From Clostridia bacterium (GTDB taxonomy: Bacteria > Bacillota > Peptococcia > DRI-13 > PHAD01), in NCBI GenBank assembly GCA_034003745.1, contig JAVEYA010000002.1:308-64307 (forward strand): DNA of 64,000 bases. The letters are read 5' to 3'. Positions 49,831 through 58,108 of the stretch are shown here, one piece after another. Below the pieces are notes generated by a model that saw nothing but the letters and a program-made list of their open reading frames with translations, was not told the origin of the DNA and searched no databases. Position 1 is the stretch's first letter. Every line of letters begins with the position of its first letter. A program made the position numbers and the translations under genes.

Positions 49831-52650
49831 ATGGCCAAGGATAAAATTATCGTCAAGGGAGCACGCTCCCATAACTTAAAAAATATCGATGTGGAGATCC
49901 CACGGGACCAGTTGGTGGTGATTACCGGGCTTTCCGGTTCAGGGAAGTCCTCCCTGGCCTTCGATACGATCTATGCCGAGGGACAGCGGCGCTATGTGGA
50001 GTCGCTTTCTTCCTATGCCCGCCAATTCCTGGGGCAGATGGACAAACCTGATGTCGACTATATTGAGGGCCTCTCCCCGGCTATTTCCATCGACCAGAAG
50101 ACGACGAGCCGTAACCCTCGTTCCACCGTAGGCACCGTAACGGAGATTTACGATTATCTGCGTCTTCTCTTTGCCCGTATCGGGAAGGTCCACTGCCATA
50201 AATGCGGCCAACCCATTACCCAGCAGACCGTCGAGCAGATTGTCGACCGCCTGCTCCTCTTGCCGGAAGGGACGAAAATTCAGGTTTTATCTCCGCTGGT
50301 CAGGGGCCGCAAAGGGGAACATCAGAAGGTTTTCGAAGAGATCCGTAAAAACGGCTTTGTGCGTGTGCGGGTTAACGGGGAACTGCGGGAGGCCGCTGAA
50401 GAAATCAAGCTGGAAAAGAATAAAAAGCATACCATTGAGGCGGTGGTGGACAGGCTGATCATCCGTCCGGGAGTGGAAAAACGTTTGGCGGATTCGCTGG
50501 AAACAGCGCTGCAACTCTCCGATGGCCTGGTCAGCGTGGACGCGGCGGAGCAGGGGGAGTTCCTCTTTTCCGAGAAATTTGCCTGCCCGAAGTGCGGTAT
50601 CAGTTTTGAAGAACTGACCCCGCGCATGTTTTCCTTCAATAACCCTTACGGAGCTTGCCCCACTTGCGGCGGTCTGGGCTTTAAGCTGGAAATCGACCCG
50701 GACCTGGTCGTGCCCGATCCGGGCAAAAGCCTGGCCGGGGGCGCTATCGACCCTTGGAACAGGGGGCTTTCCCCCTGGTATATGGGCATGCTGGAGTCGC
50801 TGGCCAAAGAATACAGCTTCTCCATGGATACGCCTTTCCGGGACCTGACTCCGGAACAGCAGGATGTGGTGCTGTACGGTACGGACGGAAGAAAAATCCG
50901 TTTCCGTTATCATAATGCCCAGGGAGAACTGCGGGTTTTCGATACCTCTTTTGAAGGCGTGGTCAACAACCTGGAGCGGCGTTTCCGGGAAACCCAGTCC
51001 GACTACTCCCGGCAGGACATCGAGGCCTATATGAGCAGCCATGAGTGCCCGGCCTGCCTGGGCGCCCGTTTGAAGCCGGAAGTGCTGGCCGTCACCGTCG
51101 GCGGTAAAAATATCTGGGAAGTGACCCGCCTGTCCGTGGGCGAAGCGATGGCCTTCTTTAACGCCCTCGAACTGACGCCCCGGGAGGAGCAGATTGCCCG
51201 GCAGATCATGAAGGAAATCAGGGCCCGCTTAGGCTTCCTCCTGAATGTCGGCCTGGATTACCTGACTCTGCACCGGGCGGCGGGAACGCTCTCGGGCGGC
51301 GAGGCTCAGCGTATCCGCCTGGCCACGCAGATCGGCTCCCATCTGGTGGGTGTGCTCTATATTTTGGATGAACCCTCCATCGGATTGCACCAGCGGGACA
51401 ACAACCGGCTGATTGAGACGCTGAAATCCCTGCGTGACCTGGGCAACACGGTGCTGGTGGTGGAACACGACACCGATACCATCTATGCGGCGGACCATAT
51501 TATTGATATCGGACCGGGCGCGGGGGTACACGGCGGCTTTATTGTGGCCCAGGGCGCCGCCGAAGATATTAAGGCTGAACCGGACTCCATCACGGGGGCC
51601 TATCTGAGCGAACGGCTGCAGATACCGCTTCCTGCTCTTCGGCGGCCGCCCAATGGTAAGTGGCTGCAGGTCAAAGGGGCCCGGACCAATAACTTAAAGA
51701 GCATTGACGTGGCTTTTCCGCTGAACCTCTTTGTCTGCGTGACCGGGGTCTCCGGTTCGGGCAAAAGCAGCCTGGTCAATGAGATTCTCTACCGTCATCT
51801 GGCCCATGAATTGAACCGGGCCCGCACCAGGCCGGGCGGTTATGACAGCATTGAAGGATTGGCCTATCTGGATAAAGTCATCAATATCGATCAGTCCCCT
51901 ATCGGGCGGACGCCCCGTTCCAATCCGGCCACCTATACCGGCGTCTTCGACGCTATCCGGGAAGTCTATGCTCAGACGCCGGAAGCCCGTATGCGCGGGT
52001 ACAAAGCCGGACGCTTCAGCTTCAACGTCAAGGGCGGGCGCTGCGAAGCCTGTACCGGGGACGGCATCATCAAGATAGAAATGCATTTTCTGCCCGACGT
52101 CTACGTGCCTTGCGAGGTCTGTAAAGGCAAGCGCTATAACCGGGAGACGCTGGAAGTGAAATACAAAGGCAAGTCCATCTCGGATGTTTTGGAGATGACC
52201 GTGGATGAGGCGGCTGATTTCTTCCAAAACCATCCTAAAATCTACCGCAAGCTGAAGACCATCCAGGAAGTCGGCCTGGGCTACATCCGGCTGGGCCAGC
52301 CGGCCACCACCCTGTCCGGCGGCGAAGCCCAGCGGGTCAAGCTGGCTACGGAGCTCTCCCGCCGTTCCAACGGCAAAACCTTCTATATCCTGGATGAACC
52401 GACTACGGGATTGCATATCGCCGATATCCATAAGTTGCTGGAAGTGCTGAACCGGCTGGTTGACGCCGGCGATACCGTGCTGGTCATCGAGCATAACCTG
52501 GACGTGATCAAGACGGCGGACTACATCATCGACCTGGGGCCGGAAGGCGGCGACCGGGGCGGGCAGGTGATCGCCACCGGCACGCCGGAGGAAATCTGCA
52601 AGAACAAAAAGAGCTATACCGGGCAATTTCTCAAGCCGGTGCTGAAGTAA
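49831..52650 (+). CDS. uvrA: excinuclease ABC subunit A
   Basis: 939 aa. [14 protein letters not shown] and [10 protein letters not shown] Walker A motifs, zinc-finger Cys clusters. Confidence 0.96.
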   Translation: MAKDKIIVKGARSHNLKNIDVEIPRDQLVVITGLSGSGKSSLAFDTIYAEGQRRYVESLSSYARQFLGQMDKPDVDYIEGLSPAISIDQKTTSRNPRSTVGTVTEIYDYLRLLFARIGKVHCHKCGQPITQQTVEQIVDRLLLLPEGTKIQVLSPLVRGRKGEHQKVFEEIRKNGFVRVRVNGELREAAEEIKLEKNKKHTIEAVVDRLIIRPGVEKRLADSLETALQLSDGLVSVDAAEQGEFLFSEKFACPKCGISFEELTPRMFSFNNPYGACPTCGGLGFKLEIDPDLVVPDPGKSLAGGAIDPWNRGLSPWYMGMLESLAKEYSFSMDTPFRDLTPEQQDVVLYGTDGRKIRFRYHNAQGELRVFDTSFEGVVNNLERRFRETQSDYSRQDIEAYMSSHECPACLGARLKPEVLAVTVGGKNIWEVTRLSVGEAMAFFNALELTPREEQIARQIMKEIRARLGFLLNVGLDYLTLHRAAGTLSGGEAQRIRLATQIGSHLVGVLYILDEPSIGLHQRDNNRLIETLKSLRDLGNTVLVVEHDTDTIYAADHIIDIGPGAGVHGGFIVAQGAAEDIKAEPDSITGAYLSERLQIPLPALRRPPNGKWLQVKGARTNNLKSIDVAFPLNLFVCVTGVSGSGKSSLVNEILYRHLAHELNRARTRPGGYDSIEGLAYLDKVINIDQSPIGRTPRSNPATYTGVFDAIREVYAQTPEARMRGYKAGRFSFNVKGGRCEACTGDGIIKIEMHFLPDVYVPCEVCKGKRYNRETLEVKYKGKSISDVLEMTVDEAADFFQNHPKIYRKLKTIQEVGLGYIRLGQPATTLSGGEAQRVKLATELSRRSNGKTFYILDEPTTGLHIADIHKLLEVLNRLVDAGDTVLVIEHNLDVIKTADYIIDLGPEGGDRGGQVIATGTPEEICKNKKSYTGQFLKPVLK

Positions 52651-52675
52651 ATAGGCTATCGCAGAATAACCGATG

Positions 52676-52771
52676 TGTCATTCTGAGACCCTGTAATGGT
52701 CGAAGAATCTTAGAGATCGAAGTAATTTATCCTGATAATAATTAAGATCCTTCGCCCTGCTCAGGATGACA
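52676..52771 (+). repeat. palindromic repeat, copy 6 (full, long loop)
   Basis: TGTCATTCTGAGACCCTGTAATGGTCGAAGAATCTTA...TTAAGATCCTTCGCCCTGCTCAGGATGACA. Starts 26 nt after the uvrA stop. Confidence 0.85.
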
Positions 52772-52824
52772 GTCTGTTTTAAGACAGCCTCAAATCGGGA
52801 GGCAAAAAGCAGGAGATGGTATTT

Positions 52825-54675
52825 ATGCTGGAAGAAAAACTGAAGAGCCTGCCGGATAAGCCTGGCGTCTATCTGATGAAGGACGCGGAGGGGAAGATTA
52901 TCTATGTCGGCAAAGCCATCAGCTTAAAGAGCCGTGTCCGCTCTTATTTTTCTTCACAGCACGCCGGGATGCCCCGCACTCAGGCGCTGGTCAGGAGAAT
53001 CAGCGACCTGGAGTACATCCTCACGGATGGGGAGATAGAAGCGCTCATTTTAGAAAGTAATCTGATTAAAGAATACAAACCGAAGTATAATGTGCGCCTG
53101 ACCGACGATAAGAACTATCCCTTTCTGCGGGTGAGTACCCAGGAGGATTTCCCCCGCCTGGAAATCGTGCGCTCCCGCAAAAGGGACGGCGCCCGCTATT
53201 TCGGTCCCTATACCAATACCGGCGCAGTCAATGAAACCCTGCGCCTCCTGAAAAAGATTTTTCCCATCCGTTCCTGTAAGCAGCCCAATTTCGCGCGCCG
53301 GGACCGACCCTGCCTGAATTCCCATATTGCCCGGTGCGCCGCGCCCTGCTGCGGCCAGATCAGCAAAGAAGATTACCGCAAGATGATTGAGGAAATCCTC
53401 CTCTTCCTGGACGGCAGACAGGAGGATCTCTTCAAGAAGCTGCAGTCCCGCATGGAAGAGGCGGCGGAGAACCTGCGCTTCGAAAAGGCCGCGGAGCTGC
53501 GGGATCAGCTGCAGGCTATCCAAAGCGTGGTAGCGCGCCAGAAAATCGTCTCGGGCAAGTTCGTGGATATCGACGCGCTTCATTACGCCCGCAGCACCAA
53601 AATGACCTGTGTACAGATTTTCTTTATCCGGGAGGGCAAAGTGCTGGGACGGGACCGTTTCTTTCTGGAAGGGACGGAAGATACGACCGGGGAGGAAATC
53701 CTGGCTTCCTTCCTGAAGCAGTATTACAGCCAGGTGGACTATACGCCGGCGGAAATATTGCTGCCGGAAAAACTGGAAGAAGAAACGGTGCTGGAAAACT
53801 GGCTTTCGGAGAAAAGGGGCGCCAAGGTGCACTTGAAAGTCCCTAAAGCCGGGGAGAAACGAGCGCTGCTGGAGCTGGTGGGGCGTAACGCCGCTGAAAG
53901 CCTGCAAATGGAAGCGGGCGCCTTGGCGGCGCGTGAGCATAAAGGAAACGAAGCCCTGGAGCAGGTTGCCGCGGCCCTGAATCTGGACGCCAAACCCCAG
54001 CGTATCGAATGTTATGATATCTCCCATATCCAAGGGGCGGAAACCGTAGCCTCCATGGTGGTCTTCGAGCAGGGCCGGGCCGCTCCCGCCAAATACCGGC
54101 GCTTTAAAATCAGGACGGTCCAGGGGCCGGACGATTTCGCCAGTATGGCTGAAGTAATTGAGCGCCGTTTTACGAATGCCTTGGCCGGTGAGGAGAAATT
54201 CAAAGAGTTGCCGGATTTGGTCTTAATCGACGGCGGCAAGGGGCAGCTTTCCGCCGCTTGCGAAGCCATGGGGAAATTGGGTTTTGGACATATTCCCGCG
54301 GCTGGATTGGCCAAGGAGAATGAATGGCTGTTTATTCCCGCAAGTTCTATGCCGGTTATTTTGCCGCGCAATTCCCAGGGGCTGAATCTCCTGCAGCGCA
54401 TCCGGGACGAGGCGCACCGTTTCGCAGTGACCTACCATCGCCTGCTGCGGGGCCGGCGGAATCTGGCCTCTGTTCTGGACGAAATTCCCGGCGTTGGCCC
54501 GAAGCGGAAGAAGGACTTGCTCAAAGCTTTCGGCATGTCCTTAAAGAAGATGATGAACGCTTCTCCTGCGGAAATTGCAGAGATTGAGGGGATTAACGCG
54601 GAGTTGGCGAAGAAGATTTGGGAATATTTTCACCCCATGGAGACAGACAATAACGGAGAAGGAAAGGAGCCTTAG
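52825..54675 (+). CDS. uvrC: excinuclease ABC subunit C
   Basis: GIY-YIG N-terminus (PGVYLMKDAEGKIIYVGKA), UVR domain FEKAAELRDQ, C-terminal HhH. ATG 52825 lies 9 nt after AGGAG. Confidence 0.94.
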   Translation: MLEEKLKSLPDKPGVYLMKDAEGKIIYVGKAISLKSRVRSYFSSQHAGMPRTQALVRRISDLEYILTDGEIEALILESNLIKEYKPKYNVRLTDDKNYPFLRVSTQEDFPRLEIVRSRKRDGARYFGPYTNTGAVNETLRLLKKIFPIRSCKQPNFARRDRPCLNSHIARCAAPCCGQISKEDYRKMIEEILLFLDGRQEDLFKKLQSRMEEAAENLRFEKAAELRDQLQAIQSVVARQKIVSGKFVDIDALHYARSTKMTCVQIFFIREGKVLGRDRFFLEGTEDTTGEEILASFLKQYYSQVDYTPAEILLPEKLEEETVLENWLSEKRGAKVHLKVPKAGEKRALLELVGRNAAESLQMEAGALAAREHKGNEALEQVAAALNLDAKPQRIECYDISHIQGAETVASMVVFEQGRAAPAKYRRFKIRTVQGPDDFASMAEVIERRFTNALAGEEKFKELPDLVLIDGGKGQLSAACEAMGKLGFGHIPAAGLAKENEWLFIPASSMPVILPRNSQGLNLLQRIRDEAHRFAVTYHRLLRGRRNLASVLDEIPGVGPKRKKDLLKAFGMSLKKMMNASPAEIAEIEGINAELAKKIWEYFHPMETDNNGEGKEP

Positions 54676-54676
54676 T

Positions 54677-55492
54677 GTGCCTGATATCAAGCTTGTAGCA
54701 CTGGATCTGGATGATACGCTGCTGAGGACGGATTTGACCATTTCCCCCCGGGCCCAAGCCGCCATTAAGAAGGCGGTAGCGTTAGGGACAGCCGTCACTT
54801 TTGCCACCGGGAGGATGTATAAGTCGGCCCGCCCGTTCGCGGTGGAGCTGGGACTGGATTTGCCCCTGATTACCTATGTGGGCGCTCTGGTGAAATATGT
54901 GGACGGCCGCGAGGTTTATCACCGGCCGCTATCCCTGGAGACGGCCGGGAAGATAATTGATTTTCTGCTGCCCTATAAGTATCACATCAATATCTACATC
55001 AATGATGAATTATATATGGAGAAAGAATCGCCGGAAGGGGCGCGCTACGCCAATATTTCCAAGGTGCCGGTCCATTTTGTCAATGATTTGCGGGAGACCT
55101 TGCAGGCCTCGCCGGCGCCGACGAAGATTCTGGCTCTGTCCGGCGCGCCGGAGATCGCGGCTTTGCTGGCGGATATTCAGCAGGCCTTTGGCGGGCAGGT
55201 CCATATTACCCGTTCCAAACCCTACTTTTTGGAAATCTCCGATCTGGGGGCCACCAAAGGACAGGCTTTGGCGGGGCTGGCCCGGAGCCTGAATCTGACG
55301 GCCGGTCAGGTTATGGCTATCGGCGACAGCTGGAACGACCTGGATATGATTGAATACGCCGGAATAGGCGTGGCGATGGGCAATGCCGAGGCGGAAGTAA
55401 AGGCGGCGGCCCAATATATTACGTTGAATAATGACGACGACGGCGTGGCCGAGGCCATCGAGAAATTTGTTATAAACAGGAATATTAAATAG
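54677..55492 (+). CDS. Cof-type HAD-IIB phosphatase
   Basis: GTG 54677 lies 7 nt after GGAAAGGAG. LVALDLDDTLL motif I, GDSWNDLDM motif III. Confidence 0.8.
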   Translation: MPDIKLVALDLDDTLLRTDLTISPRAQAAIKKAVALGTAVTFATGRMYKSARPFAVELGLDLPLITYVGALVKYVDGREVYHRPLSLETAGKIIDFLLPYKYHINIYINDELYMEKESPEGARYANISKVPVHFVNDLRETLQASPAPTKILALSGAPEIAALLADIQQAFGGQVHITRSKPYFLEISDLGATKGQALAGLARSLNLTAGQVMAIGDSWNDLDMIEYAGIGVAMGNAEAEVKAAAQYITLNNDDDGVAEAIEKFVINRNIK

Positions 55493-55507
55493 ATGAATCA
55501 GTAAAGA

Positions 55508-55540
55508 TTAACAAAAAATAACAAAATTATTTTTTGTTAA
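55508..55540 (+). terminator. AT-rich hairpin terminator
   Basis: TTAACAAAAAAT-loop-ATTTTTTGTTAA, 12-bp stem. Confidence 0.5.
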
Positions 55541-55598
55541 GCAGGAAATAACTGTTATTCGTCGAAATATAGCAACATCAAGAAAAATGGAGGTAAAC

Positions 55599-55787
55599 AT
55601 GGGAGGGAAAGCTTTCGAGAAGAAGAACCTCGAACAGATTGAATTTCTCCGTTATGACTTGTACAAGCAGGTAAACAATAAAAGAGAAATGCTTTGTTCC
55701 AAGGAAGTGTATGAAGTCAGTAAGCGTCTGGACCAGCTGATTATCAAGCACATGTCTTCTCAGTCCGGGAAAGATCCGCAGCAATAG
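55599..55787 (+). CDS. Spo0E-like aspartyl-phosphate phosphatase
   Basis: IEFLRYDLYKQV...EVYEVSKRLDQLI pattern of the Spo0E family. ATG 55599 follows GGAGGT (track start 55587 overlaps the SD). Confidence 0.65.
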   Translation: MGGKAFEKKNLEQIEFLRYDLYKQVNNKREMLCSKEVYEVSKRLDQLIIKHMSSQSGKDPQQ

Positions 55788-55887
55788 ACATAGACGCGGA
55801 AATTAAGATTTAAACACGAATAAAAGAGGATATATCCCGAAAATGTCTAATTTACTATAATATTAGACACGGAAGGGATATTTTTTT

Positions 55888-56751
55888 ATGCGTAAATACA
55901 TAACAGGCATCATAATTATAGTGTGTGTATTCTTTCTGGCACTGGCGGCCGGACAGGCCACAGGCCTTTCTGTGACGCAGCTGTTTGCCGGAGAACAGGA
56001 AGGCTCTGCGGATGCCGTTGAGAATATGGATAATGTTGCTGAGCCTGCTGAGCCGGATTTACCCGAACCCCCGACGGAGCCGGAAGTGGAAATGCCGCCC
56101 GAATACCCGCAGGGGCTTGCCTATGAGGATGTATTGGCCCTGATTAAGGAGCCCAATAAGAAAATGACGGAGAACCCCGACGCCATCCTGGCGCTGGTCA
56201 ATAAAAACAATAACCTGGCGGCTGATTACGTTCCGGTCGGGATGGTTGAGCCCGCGGTGCCCTTTTCTTTCCAGAACGCCGATGAGAAACGCCTGATGCG
56301 GCCGGAGGCGGCGCAGGCCCTGGAGGAATTGTTTGCCGCCGCGACGGAAGCGGGGCATCAATTGGCCGCGGTTTCCGGTTTCCGCTCCTATGGGCGGCAG
56401 AAGTCCATTTTCTTGAATAATGTGCAGAAAAGCGGTTTCGAGCGGGCCAATTTCTTTTCCGCCCTGCCCGGACAAAGCGAGCACCAGACCGGCCTGGCCA
56501 TGGACGTCAGTTCCGCGGCGGTGGGCTATAAGCTGGTGACGAATTTCGGAGAGACGCCGGAGGGAAGCTGGCTGAACGATAATGCTCATATTTTCGGCTT
56601 TATTATCCGGTACCCGCAGGATAAGACCGACCTCACCGGCTACCAGTATGAACCCTGGCATCTCCGCTTCGTGGGTGTGGACGCGGCCGCGGAAATAAAT
56701 GCCCGGGGCTGGGTGCTGGAAGAATATCTGGCGGATTTGAACCAGACCTGA
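55888..56751 (+). CDS. VanY/M15B D-alanyl-D-alanine carboxypeptidase-like
   Basis: Signal/anchor N-terminus. SGFRSYGRQ, SEHQTGLAMD, EPWHLRFVG zinc-peptidase motifs. Confidence 0.85.
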   Translation: MRKYITGIIIIVCVFFLALAAGQATGLSVTQLFAGEQEGSADAVENMDNVAEPAEPDLPEPPTEPEVEMPPEYPQGLAYEDVLALIKEPNKKMTENPDAILALVNKNNNLAADYVPVGMVEPAVPFSFQNADEKRLMRPEAAQALEELFAAATEAGHQLAAVSGFRSYGRQKSIFLNNVQKSGFERANFFSALPGQSEHQTGLAMDVSSAAVGYKLVTNFGETPEGSWLNDNAHIFGFIIRYPQDKTDLTGYQYEPWHLRFVGVDAAAEINARGWVLEEYLADLNQT

Positions 56752-56793
56752 TTTTTTGGGACACGGGAAGCAAGGGGACGGTTCCTCTGCTTC

Positions 56794-56819
56794 TGTCATT
56801 CTGAGCTTGCGAAGAATCC
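56794..56819 (+). repeat. palindromic repeat, copy 7 (left arm only)
   Basis: TGTCATTCTGAGCTTGCGAAGAATCC. 43 nt after the VanY-like stop. Followed by the unrelated hairpin GGCCTTAAGAC-TGCGCG-GTCTTAAGGCC (56831-56858). Confidence 0.75.
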
Positions 56820-56857
56820 TGATAGATTTGGCCTTAAGACTGCGCGGTCTTAAGGCC

Positions 56858-56886
56858 TTGACTTTTCTAAAGGGAAGTAATATTAT
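56858..56886 (+). promoter_or_regulatory. sigma-A promoter of TIM-barrel gene
   Basis: TTGACT, 17 nt, TATTAT. Confidence 0.55.
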
Positions 56887-56914
56887 AATGGTAGTACCAA
56901 AGAAAGAGGAAAAA

Positions 56915-57730
56915 ATGAATAGGGAATTCAAACTGGGGATGTTCTCCTGGTTCGGCTATATCCTACCGCTGCCGGAACGTCTCCGTTTAATTCAGCAAGC
57001 AGGCTTTGCGTCCATTTCTCTGTGGTGGGAAGATGAGTATACGCCGGCGCTGATAAAAAAAGAGCATTTTGCCGCTCTGGTCCGGGAGGCCGGGCTTTTC
57101 TTCGAGAATATCCACGCGCCTTTTATAAATACCAATGATTTGTGGAGCGCCGATAAGGCAGCGCGGGAGAAGGCGGTGCAGCAGTATTTGACCTGGCTGG
57201 AGGACTGCGCCCAATATGCTATACCGCTCCTGGTCATGCACCTGACCGAAGGAGACGAACCGCCGGAGGCCAATAAATACGGACTGGAGAGCATGATGGC
57301 GTTGGTTCGTGGAGCGGAAGAACGCAGCGTAAAAATCGCCGTTGAAAATACCCGGCGCACCAACCATGTTTCTTTTGTGCTGAACGAGATTCCCTCGGAT
57401 TATTTAGGCTTATGCTATGACAGCTCTCACGCCCGGTTATGCCCGGATAGGGGGGAGACCCTGCTGAACCGGTTCGGCCAACGGTTGTTGGCGACGCATT
57501 TGTCGGATAATGACGGCAAAGAGGACAGACATTGGGTTCCAGGAAATGGAATAATTAACTGGAATTCTTTGATGAATAAGTTTATAATGAATAATTACAC
57601 AGGGTACTTAACTTTGGAAGTTGCGGCGGACCCGGAAGAACGCAAAGGACCGCCGGAAGTCTTCGTCCAGAAAGCGTTTCAAAGATTGACCGGAATCCGG
57701 CAGGCTAACCCGGCCGATCGGTCAAAGTAA
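56915..57730 (+). CDS. sugar phosphate isomerase/epimerase (xylose-isomerase-like TIM barrel)
   Basis: Track ORF 56756..57730 trimmed to ATG 56915, because the upstream part reads through the repeat and the promoter. AVENT and CYDSSHA metal-site-like motifs. Confidence 0.78.
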   Translation: MNREFKLGMFSWFGYILPLPERLRLIQQAGFASISLWWEDEYTPALIKKEHFAALVREAGLFFENIHAPFINTNDLWSADKAAREKAVQQYLTWLEDCAQYAIPLLVMHLTEGDEPPEANKYGLESMMALVRGAEERSVKIAVENTRRTNHVSFVLNEIPSDYLGLCYDSSHARLCPDRGETLLNRFGQRLLATHLSDNDGKEDRHWVPGNGIINWNSLMNKFIMNNYTGYLTLEVAADPEERKGPPEVFVQKAFQRLTGIRQANPADRSK

Positions 57731-57803
57731 AAAATACAATTGAATAGCAGTAGGAATTGTCAGAAGCGTAACACAGCAATTCGACGCTTATCACAATTCC
57801 GTA

Positions 57804-57957
57804 AGGCAACAGGTGCTCGTCAGAGATAATAGGGAACCGGGTGAGAGTCCCGGACGGACGCGCCGCTGTAAATGGGGAGGGCTTTTCCAAGGACCACTGG
57901 AGCAATCCGGGAAGGGGAAAAGACCGCTGATCCTAAGTCAGAAAACCTGCCTGTCGC
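57804..57957 (+). promoter_or_regulatory. cobalamin (B12) riboswitch aptamer
   Basis: AATAGGGAACCGGGTGAGAGTCCCGG, GCCGCTGTAA, CCACTGG...GGGAAGG and the B12 box AAGTCAGAAAACCTGCC. P1 pairs GGCAACAGG (57804-57812) with CCTGTCGCC (57949-57957). Confidence 0.85.
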
Positions 57958-58021
57958 CGGAGTGTATTTAACCTTCGCGAGAGAGGGGGAACGCTGATGT
58001 CCTACATTTGGGTAAAAGCAT

Positions 58022-58058
58022 GGCCTTAGTTTCTCGTCACGAGGAACTAAGGCTTTTT
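58022..58058 (+). terminator. riboswitch expression-platform terminator
   Basis: GGCCTTAGTTTCTCG-TCA-CGAGGAACTAAGGC followed by TTTTTT, about 50 nt before the ATG. Confidence 0.75.
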
Positions 58059-58108
58059 TACTGACGGACACTAAGAGAAAACAATTGAAAACAGGGGGTA
58101 AAAGTAAG

